DNA of 63,866 nucleotides, counting the filler, from Collodictyon triciliatum (taxonomy: Eukaryota), in the NCBI GenBank assembly GCA_043381765.1. It is 8 parts of 8 records of this genome, joined end to end, with 100 filler letters (N's around TTAATTAATTAA, not from the genome) between each part and the next. Parts side by side here need not be neighbours in the genome. Positions count along the whole stretch, not along the records: positions 26,647 to 37,954 come from JBHJMP010003284.1; positions 38,055 to 46,836 come from JBHJMP010003286.1; 6 more parts are not named here. The stretch is one strand, 5' to 3'. Under the pieces are notes generated by a model. That model was given only the letters and a program-made list of their open reading frames with translations, was not told where the DNA came from and did no database searches. Of this stretch, positions 30,773-42,786 are shown in pieces; position 1 is the first letter of the stretch, and the number at the start of each line of letters is the position of its first letter. The position numbers and the translations under genes were made by a program.

Positions 30773-32035
30773 TCATTCCACAGGATGAGTCTTTTGAGGG
30801 GACAACGGGTCACTTTCCTTGCGTTTCTTGCTGGGCGACTCAGACAAAAAGCGATACATCGTTGTTTGTCTGGAATTATCGGAAGTGGCGCTTGACCGTC
30901 CCCTGGTTTCGGAACCATGCGTAGCCGGCAGTGGACTTTGCTTAACCGGAGTATGGATACGCGTTTGTGGTTTTAGAAACATACGCTCCTGCTTGCTCGG
31001 ACTGTCTTTAGTGTGTGAAGTTCCAAGCTTGGATTCGACTTGTGCTGTTTGCTCTTGCTCCTTGGTTCTCGGTGCGACGGGCTGGGGCAGGGTAAACGGA
31101 CTATCTTTGGTGGGCGCTGGTTCTTGTGTTGCCTTCGCTTTGGAGTATCCTTTCGGATAAGTAACGAAGACTGCCTTGATGCCTCCTATGTTAACCATAT
31201 TCACGTCAGTCTGAATGGGTAGTTTAAGGGGGGATTTCTTTCGGGGTTTGGAGATGCGCTGCTCTTGGGTCTTGCGATGTACGGGCTTGTCCGGTGTTGG
31301 CGGTGGAGGGCTCGAGTGCGAGGATTCTGAAGAGGAACCGAGATTTCCTTCCATGTCATCGTCGCTGTCGCTGTATGCGCGTATCTGCTGTGAGTCTTGC
31401 GGGCTCAGTTGTTGCCTGGCCTTGGCTTCCTTGACCCCGTTGCTGCTTGTCTGCTTGGCGGGTGTAATCTTTTGCGGGGCTTTTACTTGTCGTTCGTTGT
31501 TCGCGGCTGGCGGACGCTCTTTGAGGATGCGCTTTGGACACTTTTTGCCCATGACCGTAAACTTTGCAGGGAGCTGGTTCTTGTGACAAAGAAGCTTCAC
31601 CACGGCCGTGTCTGTGAAGAAGCCTTTGTCCTTTTTGATCTCCACGTGGGTCGGTCTGAACGGCTTCAGCTCCTCACGAAGGAGTTGCGGCCACACGTCC
31701 AGCGGTAGTTGGTAGATCATCACCGAGGTCTCTGTTGGTTTACTTCTGCTGAAGCTGATCGTAATATCGATCAAACTTACCTGCTTCAGTTCCAGAAGCT
31801 TTCGGGCGTTTTCTGCAGTGCGGAAGGCGATCAGGCAAAGGCCTTCGCTGTCCGGTAAGCGCAATTGGATGGACTCTTCCCAAAGTTTGTTCGCTTTCAA
31901 GAAGGAGGCGAGCGCATCTGTTAGCCTGCGGGCCTTGTTCTTGTTGTAAACGACTTGCTCGACCCCGTGCAAAAATACTGTCCGATCAGACAGACTTGCA
32001 GGCGGCTTCCTTGCACGGGTCTTCCTAGACTTTCG
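30773..32035 (-). mobile_element. Non-LTR retrotransposon ORF1 (RRM-like gag) protein, intronless, 5' end in gap
   Basis: Open frame from the gap: DRTVFLHGVEQ...LCLIAFRTAENARKLL...TSVMIYQLPLDVWPQLLREELKPF...GFFTDTAVVKL..LPAKFTVMGKKC, then a low-complexity P/S/K tail. This is the layout of L1/Tx1 ORF1p. No introns, unlike host genes, and LINE ORF2 remnants lie nearby. Confidence 0.72.
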
Positions 32036-32593
32036 TNNNNNNNNNNNNNNNNNNNNNNNNNNNNNNNNNNNNNNNNNNNNNNNNNNNNNNNNNNNNNNNN
32101 NNNNNNNNNNNNNNNNNNNNNNNNNNNNNNNNNNNNNNNNNNNNNNNNNNNNNNNNNNNNNNNNNNNNNNNNNNNNNNNNNNNNNNNNNNNNNNNNNNNN
32201 NNNNNNNNNNNNNNNNNNNNNNNNNNNNNNNNNNNNNNNNNNNNNNNNNNNNNNNNNNNNNNNNNNNNNNNNNNNNNNNNNNNNNNNNNNNNNNNNNNNN
32301 NNNNNNNNNNNNNNNNNNNNNNNNNNNNNNNNNNNNNNNNNNNNNNNNNNNNNNNNNNNNNNNNNNNNNNNNNNNNNNNNNNNNNNNNNNNNNNNNNNNN
32401 NNNNNNNNNNNNNNNNNNNNNNNNNNNNNNNNNNNNNNNNNNNNNNNNNNNNNNNNNNNNNNNNNNNNNNNNNNNNNNNNNAAGTGAAGAGAGCAATGCT
32501 ATATCCGAAATGTTTGTATGAGTGGTAAAAAAAAAAAAAGAAGTAATTTCTTCCTCAGTGCTGAGATTTATGTAATTGATTTTCGATAGCTAC

Positions 32594-33682
32594 CTTGAGA
32601 AGCTCCTTCGATAATTCCAGGAAGGTCCAACAATTGAATGGTTGCTCCGTTATACTGATATTTACCAGGAAATTAATTTTCACAAAATATCTGTGAATTT
32701 GTAACTGCAAATGAAGCAAACATAACAAATTACTGAAAATAAAAGTACATGCGCTTTTTTATTTTTATTTTATTTACGTGAATATTTCCAGGGATACAAG
32801 TGAGCGTGGTGAATTCATATGATGCTGCAGTAGATTTCGTGTCTGTGAGGGTGCTCAGTAGTGTTGATTTACCGACGGAGGGGAAGCCGATTAAGCCAAC
32901 ACGGGCATCACCTAGAGAAGAGATGTAAATTCGTTTGTTTTCGTTTTTTCTTTTAAAAAGGAAAACATATATAAATGAATTATATGATTATCACTATCGA
33001 AAAAAGGAGAGAAGTAGCTGCAGTGATATTTCACACGAACCTGATTTCATTACATCAAACCCATCACCGCCCTATTAAGGATAATGATTTAGAAAATTAG
33101 GACTCGGATTTACAGACACCAGTGAGGATGGGTTGTTATTTTAGACAAACATGTTATTGTAGTCAATTATTTCTTTAAGTTTATGGTGATGATGGAGACT
33201 ATAATGGAGTATAGAGCATGAATGACGTGTGTAAATACCTTTCCAGAGCTGCTTTTACCACCGTCCATTAGTGCTGACCGATACTTGGCGAGTTTTGCTT
33301 TCAGGAGACCTTATGAGATTGTGGCAGGTAAGAAAAAAAAGGCTTGGTTTAATAAAGGAGACTCTCTGATGAAAAGGGAATTCATATGCCAAGAGTAAGA
33401 TATAAATGACCAGTTTTGTTTTACAAACACAATGTTTCAGCAGCGATGTCCTTGAAAAAATGAAAAGAAAATAACAGCACAGTAACAAACGTTTCTCGAG
33501 CATATGTTATAAAAATATCAAAATGAAAAAATACCATTAAATGCATCAATAATCAGGATGCAGAGAAAAGTCGAGAAAAGTGGGTGTATTCTACACAGAC
33601 CTATGTGATATTCGGTTGCTTTGTTCTTCTGGGTGCGGGCCATTTCCAGCTCGATGTCCTTGATCTTTTCCAGAATACCCAT
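32594..33682 (-). CDS. DRG2: Developmentally regulated GTP-binding protein 2 (DRG2/RBG2), first five exons only
   Basis: [103 protein letters not shown]. Missed by the ORF track because the exons are short. Confidence 0.93.
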
Positions 33683-34932
33683 CGCTACTCCTCTATGACT
33701 AGGCGGTTTCTAAGTAAGGGTATTTTTAATGCCTGGGCCAAAAAGACACAACAGCTTCCCGGGCATGTTCAGACAGGCCATCCGTGACGCATCGATACCT
33801 ACCGTTTGCTTTTTCATCATAGCTCAACGAAGGTGAAGAGAAAGGAAGGGCCAGGAAAGTTGCTTTACAGTTTTTGATTTCTGAAGAAAACGTAGAAAAA
33901 ACAAAAAGAAAAAAAACAAAAGTAAAAAAAACAAAAAGAAAAAAGAAAAAAGAAAAAAGAAAAAAGAAAAAAGAAAAGGAAAAAAGAAAAAAGAAAAAAG
34001 AAAAAAGAAAAAGAAAAAAGAAAAAAGAAAAAAGAAAAAAGAAAAAGAAAAAAGAAAAAGAAAAAAAGAAGAAAAAAAAGGCTGAAATAGAAGAGAGAGA
34101 TGGTTTCGTTTAAACAATTGGGTCAACTTCTAGAGTGTCGGCCGAGAGGAAGGCAAGATGAGAAGGAGTTTGCTTCCAGCCACAAGGCCGAACAGCTGAT
34201 GAATCCGCACGATCGAAACCGGTAAATGAAAGAAGGAAAAGAGAGCAAAGATATTATTGTGCTGGTGATAGTCGCTCACAATCATATAAATTTATATATT
34301 GAAATGCGTATCATTTTTTTGTATTTTAATGCATATATTATAGCGTTATTGCAAGAAATGAATATAAGTAAATATTATTTAGTTATAAATTCCATATTTG
34401 TTTAAACAGGTATTCGACATTTGAGGTTCGCTTGTGGGATAATGGCCGCTTTTGGGGGACTATCTGCTTGATGATGACAAACTCGGCACTTGATGCTTTC
34501 ATGGGGCCAGCTTGGCAGCTTGTGGGAATCTTGTGATGTATATGCTCGCTCTGACTCTGTCCTCGAAATAGCGCGTACCTTTCGTTGTGCGTCTCTAAAA
34601 AGGCGAATAATATGTAAAGCAGGGTCACTGAGCATGTCTTATGTGCTGGGTCTGAAAACTAAAAAACCATAAAAAATTAACACGCACGGAATTAATCACC
34701 TTTACAGTTTAGCGTATCTTTTTTTCCAAAAAAAAAATATCCAAGCCCTAGATAGAGTAGACAGGTCATATTTGTCAAGCATTATATCCGAATAGTTTTA
34801 CACACGAGCATGATTTTTGATGGGAAAAAAGGTCTTATAATCCCATCTATGGGTTTTTTCGGGTAGAGCCTTCCTCATAATCCTAGCTTTTTTTGAATAG
34901 CGATAATCAGCTACCAACTCGACTTTAACCTC

Positions 34933-35021
34933 ATGCTTTGCCAATTTTTTTCCCCTTTATTCGATTTAAAGATGCCTCGCCAATTTTGAATCGATTAAAG
35001 GAAAAAATTATGCTTTGCCAA
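34933..35021. mobile_element. Two opposite-orientation copies of the ultra-short insertion separated by three copies of one target sequence
   Basis: ATGCTTTGCCAA [T-run CCCCTTTATTCGATTTAAAG] ATGCCTCGCCAA [TTTTGAATCGATTAAAGGAAAAAATT] ATGCTTTGCCAA. Confidence 0.75.
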
Positions 35022-36052
35022 AAATCGAATAATTAATGTGTGATTATGCAGAAATGTGTTCGTTATAGTTGATTTTTCCTCTTTTATCCGCTGGTGGAGT
35101 TCATATGCGAGACAACTGGTTGGATGCTGTCTAAATTTCATCTGCACGCTGTTTAACCGCTATTTACCGATAATGAAGATTATTTACCTTTATTTATTTT
35201 TCCTTTAGGAGGATGTGAATGCAAAAAAACTGATTAATTCTGAGGATAATAGGATCTTTTGTTTTCTCCCANNNNNNNNNNNNNNNNNNNNNNNNNNNNN
35301 NNNNNNNNNNNNNNNNNNNNNNNNNNNNNNNNNNNNNNNNNNNNNNNNNNNNNNNNNNNNNNNNNNNNNNNNNNNNNNNNNNNNNNNNNNNNNNNNNNNN
35401 NNNNNNNNNNNNNNNNNNNNNNNNNNNNNNNNNNNNNNNNNNNNNNNNNNNNNNNNNNNNNNNNNNNNNNNNNNNNNNNNNNNNNNNNNNNNNNNNNNNN
35501 NNNNNNNNNNNNNNNNNNNNNNNNNNNNNNNNNNNNNNNNNNNNNNNNNNNNNNNNNNNNNNNNNNNNNNNNNNNNNNNNNNNNNNNNNNNNNNNNNNNN
35601 NNNNNNNNNNNNNNNNNNNNNNNNNNNNNNNNNNNNNNNNNNNNNNNNNNNNNNNNNNNNNNNNNNNNNNNNNNNNNNNNNNNNNNNNNNNNNNNNNNNN
35701 NNNNNNNNNNNNNNNNNNNNNNNNNNNNNNNNNNNNNNNNNNNNNNNNNNNNNNNNNNNNNNNNNNNNNNNNNNNNNNNNNNNNNNNNNNNNNNNNNNNN
35801 NNNNNNNNNNNNNNNNNNNNNNNNNNNNNNNNNNNNNNNNNNNNNNNNNNNNNNNNNNNNNNNNNNNNNNNNNNNNNNNNNNNNNNNNNNNNNNNNNNNN
35901 NNNNNNNNNNNNNNNNNNNNNNNNNNNNNNNNNNNNNNNNNNNNNNNNNNNNNNNNNNNNNNNNNNNNNNNNNNNNNNNNNNNNNNNNNNNNNNNNNNNN
36001 NNNNNNNNNNNNNNNNNNNNNNNNNNNNNNNNNNNNNNNNNNNNNNNNNNNN

Positions 36053-36561
36053 TGACACTCAAGACGGCTGCGGCTGTTGGCCCAATCCAGGCGATATTTG
36101 GGCCTCTGCAACAGCTGCGTCCAGAGGCAAATACATTCTGGGCAGTGACGCGAGGCCATTTGCTATGGACTATGTGGATAGCGCGCATTTACTCACGCAA
36201 AGCAAGACTCAACAACCAGCCACCCATTCCTGATAACAGGCTGGATGACATCATACAAATCTTTTTCCTTAACAGCTTTCTTCGCCACCTGCACGTTCTC
36301 TAATACTCAGACCCTGTGAGAAGAGACATGTGGAAAGAAACTGAGAAAGAAATTCAATCTCACCTTGTCTCCCTCATGCAAGCACAAGACCCAGGCTACA
36401 GGCCAAACCGCAGGATGCAATTCCTGATTACCGACTACTTCTCCGCCACCCGGCCACCAGGTAGCGTTAGTGCAAACGAAGGTTGGCGCCTTGGAGACAG
36501 GAACTCCATTTCCGCAAGAAGAAAAATAAACAAACTAAAATGGCAAAAAATGGCCCAGTAA
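36053..36561 (+). mobile_element. Second copy of the L1/Tx1-like ORF2 3' end, with a premature stop
   Basis: TFWAVTRGHLLWTMWIAR (LWxxWxxR motif)...LHVL*YSDPVRRDMWKE; TAA at 36301-36303 where the left copy has TAC. Confidence 0.8.
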
Positions 36562-37945
36562 GATGGGTTTATAAGCAAAGTAAATTGGCTTTGACTTCGG
36601 CTTCGTGGAAAAATAAGTTAATCGAGCGCGATGGATTCTTTGAACGATGCACTCAAACAGAGCTTGCATCAAATAGTGGAACGAGTTTACTCAGGAAATG
36701 AGTTGTAGTGCGTCAGCATAGTTCATATACATATATTTATCGCGGGCAAAAGGCATTCAATCAAACAACAATACAAAAAAAAATCAAATACAGCATTATA
36801 TCCAAATTGAATATTCTTTTTTTTTTGAATTAAAATCAGCGACTTTCACATGTTGCGTCTACTGGTTACGCATTCATCGTCTGATTTAAATCAGCTGCGT
36901 CATTTGGACTTTGCCGGAAGTTAGGCCTCGGATTGAATCCAAGTCAGGGCTTTGGTAGTTACAGCTTTTAAGGATTGTATGAAGCTCGACCCACAACAGA
37001 TATATATATATATATTAGATGAGTCATGAATTTTGTTTCTATACTACAACGACCTGCATATGAATCCAAAACGCGTTCGTGCTTTCAACCAAGGCGCAAC
37101 AACTAGGGCGGGCTGTAGAATCATAATAAAACCCTTTCTTTAGACAAAATGTAAAAGGAAAAAATCAATGAGCCACATTGACCTTAGCGACAGTGTGAGA
37201 TCAGTAACTTACAAAAAAAAAAAAGAGATTTCTAGCAGTGATCTAATAAGTTCTTATTTTTACAGAATATCCAATAATATCATATAATTCTTTTGAAAAG
37301 TTAAAAAAAAAGTAATATTATAGTATAAACCTTTGCTTTGTGTTGGGTTTTGTAAGCCATTATAATAAATAAAGATTTCGAAAGGTGGTGTGTGTCACTT
37401 AACCCCGCATTAAATATCAGCCTTTTAAAAAAAAAAGCATAGATTAAAAAGAAACGGTATTCATCGTTGGCGATGTGTTTGATCAATAAACTATTGAAGA
37501 AAAGAAAGAAAAGAAGGAAGTTAACAAGCTAGTAAACTAGACTTTGGATTCCAATAGCGAGATGCGCCTGCAGTGCTTTCGTGAGCAACAATCAGCAGTG
37601 AAATGTATCAAAGTGCTTTGATTTACTGGTTTTTTAGATCACGGACTGCATCCTTTTCCATCAGATATCCGATTGGATAAGGTCGATATGTGGGCCATTC
37701 GTTGCGCACAATGTGCTTTTCTCTTCAACTAATACAATGCAATACTCTAGTGTTTTTGTTTTTTGCATTAGGTGTATGATAATGTTGATGATAATGTTCT
37801 TTCCATAGGATTAATATACCTTCCATAGGTACGCATTTTATTATGTGCAGTTGTAATATTTCCCTCCGTTCAAAGGCCGTTACTAAAAAAAAAAAAAAAT
37901 CAATAATCGATTGTTTGGGCGATGTAAAGATTGGATTGGTTTGCA
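36053..37945. repeat. Right arm of the long imperfect inverted repeat (partner 27350-29210)
   Basis: Same alignment as the left arm. It is bounded by an N gap on the left and the scaffold end on the right, so the true arm may be longer. Confidence 0.95.
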
Positions 37946-38136
37946 ATTTTAGAANNNNNNNNNNNNNNNNNNNNNNNNNNNNNNNNNNNNNNNNNNNNTT
38001 AATTAATTAANNNNNNNNNNNNNNNNNNNNNNNNNNNNNNNNNNNNNNNNNNNNGTCTTTTTAGTTATAGATTATCTAAATTGCTATCATTTTTCTTCAA
38101 TTTTGTAAAATTAAAAAAAAAACTTTCGCTCTCACT

Positions 38137-39354
38137 TCGTTATCTCTTTCAAATATCGGGCGTGCATCCGGCTTCAACTTTCGATAAAAGAACTCGTTGA
38201 AATTCTAATAATCGAATTATGATATTGCATTTAAAATTATTCACAGAATATTATCACAGAAATATAGTTAGTGTACTAGTTTGTGAACAAAGGTGATTGT
38301 AGCAAGTAGAATAGCAGTGCGACATGTAAACTCTAGCTTTCGATATTGATGAATCTCACCTGGAAACTGTCTATCGGCTCCAGTATCTCGTCGACGTTGA
38401 GCTTGTGGTACCGTATAAAATTAGGTATTTGCCTATAGGTTTGGTTGAGATGATTTCTTTAGTCATCATTAATGCGCAAAGAGTAAAAGGATGGTGCTTT
38501 AATCCATTTTTCAACTATTAAGGAAATAATGATGTATTGAATAAGGTCTCAATTCGATTTACCTTTTACTTCGAGGGCTGTTGTATTTTCTCCCAAGATT
38601 GACAGTCATATGTTTCAGTAACTTCCTTACTCTCTTGGCGTCAGTTCCTTGCAATAGAACAATCAAGTTGTAAAAAAATGCTATCCCCCACTGATTCAAT
38701 CCAATTTTCAAAAAGTGAAAATCGAGAAAGGAGTTTACTTAATTTCCCAAGTAAAGATGAGTACATAATTCGCATTGATAACTTGATATATGTTGGTATT
38801 AGTTCCTGTTTGACTTCGCCGGTCTATGTCAAGCAGAAATGTCATTATTAAGTTCATACTATGTTTCCTATTTCAGATAGTGCGAAGAAGAAGAAAAATC
38901 CAAAGACCTCTCTGTCCATATATTGCACGAATTCAGATTGTTCGCAGATATCATCTTCCTTGTATGAGGTTCCGGCTATTATACGTGATAGCCATCCTTT
39001 GGTGGCGTGCTCCTCAGACAGGAAGCGGCTGACAACTGAGCAGTCAAGAATATCAGTATAAATGGGCACCAAGAAGGAAGACAAATAGACGCAGTATGTA
39101 ATTAAGCATTTCCATAGGATATGTGTTATCCAAGAATATCTTCACCAATATCCGTGTCATCCTCTCCGTCAACATAGGCAACCATTCGGGCGAGGGTCTC
39201 GTCTCCACTTGATGAGATCGGCTCATTCGTGATAGGGTCTCGCTGCATGGTAATCTTCTGAATACCTATTGAATATACCGAGTAGATACAGACGATTTTA
39301 TAAAGGCGGTAGACATGGACATACATAGCTTCTACATATGGCATGGGCGTTTGA

Positions 39355-39446
<92 letters not shown>

Positions 39447-41331
39447 ATCCCCTGTGAAATATTAGAATGGTATCGCTCAACATCACAGAGCATGATATTA
39501 ATCAACAGCAAATTTATATGATATTGCAAATATACTCTCGGCTTGGGTAGACATTTGGTCGACAAACTCTTGGAACTGTATTTTCCCGTCGCCGTCGCTA
39601 TCCGTTCTTAAAAACTATATTGAGAAATGGTCGTTGTTTTAATATATGGATGCTGCTTGTAGAATGATACGACGCCAGCATCAGTTTACCATTTCATCGA
39701 TTTCGCTGTCTGTCATCACGTTTCCCATGGACTCAAGAAGCGATGCTAGTTCGGCTCTGTGAGTGAGAATTTTGATAATCATTTCATTTGAAAATAAATT
39801 ATGTCTCAATTTTATTGATTATTTATGTGTGTGTATTTTTTTTTGCGTGGGGGAGGGGGGGGGTAGTGTGATTTGCTTTCATATTGCAGATAAATGTTGA
39901 AAAAAAATTAAAAAATACGTTTGTACTGTAGTAAAACAAGAAAAACCTGTCAAGATAGTTGCTTCTGTCAGCATCAAATATCGACGCTAGGGACATCCAA
40001 AACCTCTTTATAACCTCTGTATGATAATAAATTCACAAATATTCTGTAAGTTTAACACATTTATCAAAACAGAAATAATGATGTAAAGGAAAATAAATCC
40101 AGTAAAAATAAGCGACGGACCTTGCTTCGATAGGTACTGGACTTTCAGTTCTACTTTGCCTATCAACTGCCGATAATAAAATTAGTTGTTTTTATAGAGA
40201 AAAAATTTTGGCCAGTGGGTCAGCACTTCCGAACAATTCGATAATAATCAGTTAAGTCCCATAAGGTGTTCTTGTTGAAACCCATATGGCTGATTTCCTT
40301 GAATTGGATAAAGCAAACCCCCCATTTGTTCGATATAATGAATTCAAAATACCAATTCTTCCTGTGTTTTCATCTCGACCCAAGAGTGGAATTCAGATTG
40401 TTGGATTAGTCCCTGGTTTAAGAAGAAATTATGTGAGATTTATTTAGGGGGTTTTCAAAAAAAATTAGAATGATTATTATGAAATTTGATCATATACATC
40501 TCCCAGGAGGAAGATATGGATAATGTAAAGCTTGATATCACTCAACAATTCATTATGTTCAGAGATATGAATTGGCACCTCAACAGCAAAATATTCTGAT
40601 GCAAGGAAGTCGTTTTTTGTGAAATCGTCTTTATCATATAAAGAAATTTTGAGCTTATATTGGACATGAGGAGTTTCCAAAGGTCTGCAAAATAAGCAAG
40701 AATGAACATTTTATGAGAAATTCAGTTATGTACTTGACAAAACGATGCTGTTATTTCTTAAGGTTTACTTAAAAAAAAAAAGAAGAAGAAAAGGGGAAGG
40801 TACATCCACAAAAAAAAAAAAAAATAGTGATATAGTATATGCTGAGTACATGACAATTTTCTGGTTCCATTCCCCTGATCTTTGGTGAATTGTTTTGGTT
40901 CTAAATGTTCTTGTCCCAAGTGTGATGACAAAAAAGGGATCATCATTTTCTGTTATGCATACGTGATAGGAAGAAGGATGAATAGAGAAATAAAGTTTTG
41001 GTTTAACCACAAAGCATACAAATAGATTTTTTGAAACCGATGAAGACAGTTCTCTTTTTTTTTAAAAAAAAAAATTGAGATGTATATGGGGAGATTGTAC
41101 TGTAGTAAACCTTTATTTCTCAGCTTGTAAAACTCTCCTTGAAGAACTGCACAAGATGAAAAAATTATTATAGAGAACTAAATATGTTCAAAAGAAAAAG
41201 AAATGAAATATATTTAAGGGCTTAGAAGAGGTCAAACCTGTGACGCACAACACACCAACATCAGGGAGTGCTATACACCGTGGCGTTTCTACTGCAGCCA
41301 CCCGCGATGATCGGCAAACAATGCCGCCCAT
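38137..41331 (-). CDS. PSD2: Phosphatidylserine decarboxylase, PSD2 type (C2 + EF-hand + PSD), 3'-partial
   Basis: C2 domain: DDPFFVITLG..KISLYDKDDFTKNDFL. EF-hands: DADRSNYLDRAE and DSDGDGKIQFQE. PSD domain: MDRETGEVKQELIPTYIKLSMR, GRKYNSPRS..IPNFIRYHKLNVDE, FQNFNEFFYRKLKPDARPI. Confidence 0.92.
39353..39447. repeat. (GAAA)n intronic microsatellite
   Basis: Read directly. Confidence 0.95.
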
Positions 41332-42786
41332 ATCTCTGGTTTTTCCTATGAAATAAGTGTGAGAAAAAAAACAGCACAGCTTAAACAAATGTCTTGTAGT
41401 GAAGTCCTAAAAAAAAAAAAACCAACTCAGAACTGTATCATTTCTTTTTTTTTCTTCCTTTTCTTGTGTATTCAAAATGAATATAGAGTTGTTCGTTCGT
41501 AGCTTTGTCGTATGAAGGAATTGGTCAATGTTTCAATGAACGAAGAGAAGGAAATAGTCTCATGAAAGAAAGGGATTACTAATGATTTAAGAGCGTGTAT
41601 AGTCAATTACTACAACTCCAAAGTCCAAAGAATGGAAAATACACTACACAGAAAATACTTTTCAGATTCCATCAAATAAAATGATTCATAAAAATCCATG
41701 GTTTTTGCGAAAGGACTCAAGCCACAAAACCATGCCGAGTTTCCAAAGGGAAAAAAAAGGTGGGAAAGAGAAAGGGATGAGTATCAGCAACCGCGTTCAG
41801 CGTTTATCAAGAGACAAAAGGAAATCCAGCTTAGCATATGAACAAGCCAAGTCACACACGCACACAAAAGCAACAAGCAAAAGCTGGTCTCAGTCTGACC
41901 TACTCCCCAAATAATATTCGCTTCTTTCTCTGGGAGAGTACGCATCGCACAAATCGATATTCAATCAGAATAGCAATAAATAAATAAAAATAATTAAGAA
42001 AGAATCAAAAAAAAAAAAGAAAATGAAATGAAACAGAGAGACGCTCGGCTACAAAGACAGTCGACTTTCCAGCCTCACGGCCCAAACACAAACACGCTCA
42101 TCCTTTGACACGAGTCCCGACCCTTGCTGATCGCCTCAAACAAGGAACATTGGCTTTCGCACTCGCAACACGGCTGCGAAATCTCAAAGCAGACGAAAAA
42201 AAGGGGGAAAAAAAAAAGAGAATATAGTCTCGTCAATCCACATTCGTATTCATTCACTGTATTATAGGAATCCAATCGGGAACAACGCATATCCATACTG
42301 GGCTGCTGTTTGCCATGCATTATGTACGGTATCAGAAGTCATTCCTGCCTGTTGTGGATGATGAGCTAATCTGGAGTATGGGCGTAATTGGCATGGTTGA
42401 ATAGGAAAGGGCACGAGACGCAACTGCTGGGTGGGAGTCTTTGAAGTCGGCAGCACGGGTTTATTATTGTATGTGAAGTGATGTATTTCTATGGCACTGA
42501 CACAGGGGCACACGAGCCGACATTGGGGCAGCAGGAAGAAAGAAAGCGAAGTAGAGTAAAAGAGATGAAGAAAAAAAAAGCAGCAACTCACAACATCACA
42601 CACCAGAGGCCGCCACCAAAGAGGGTTGATTGGTGACGACAAGAAAGCATGTTGGAGAGTGCGCTGTGTATCCAGTAAGCAGATGAGTGGGCGATGATAA
42701 TCATGGCATGGTGGTGGTGCGATGAGAGTGATTCGACACACCAGATTCATCGAGCATGCAGCGAATTCCCTCCTCCTCTTCCTCTC

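Noticed and set aside
29991-36303. Long ORFs made mostly of X
   Set aside because: They are artefacts of translating through N gaps.
27350-37945. Polinton, MULE or DIRS element with long terminal inverted repeats
   Set aside because: No transposase, integrase, polB or tyrosine-recombinase motif is visible, and the arms themselves encode a LINE ORF2 end.
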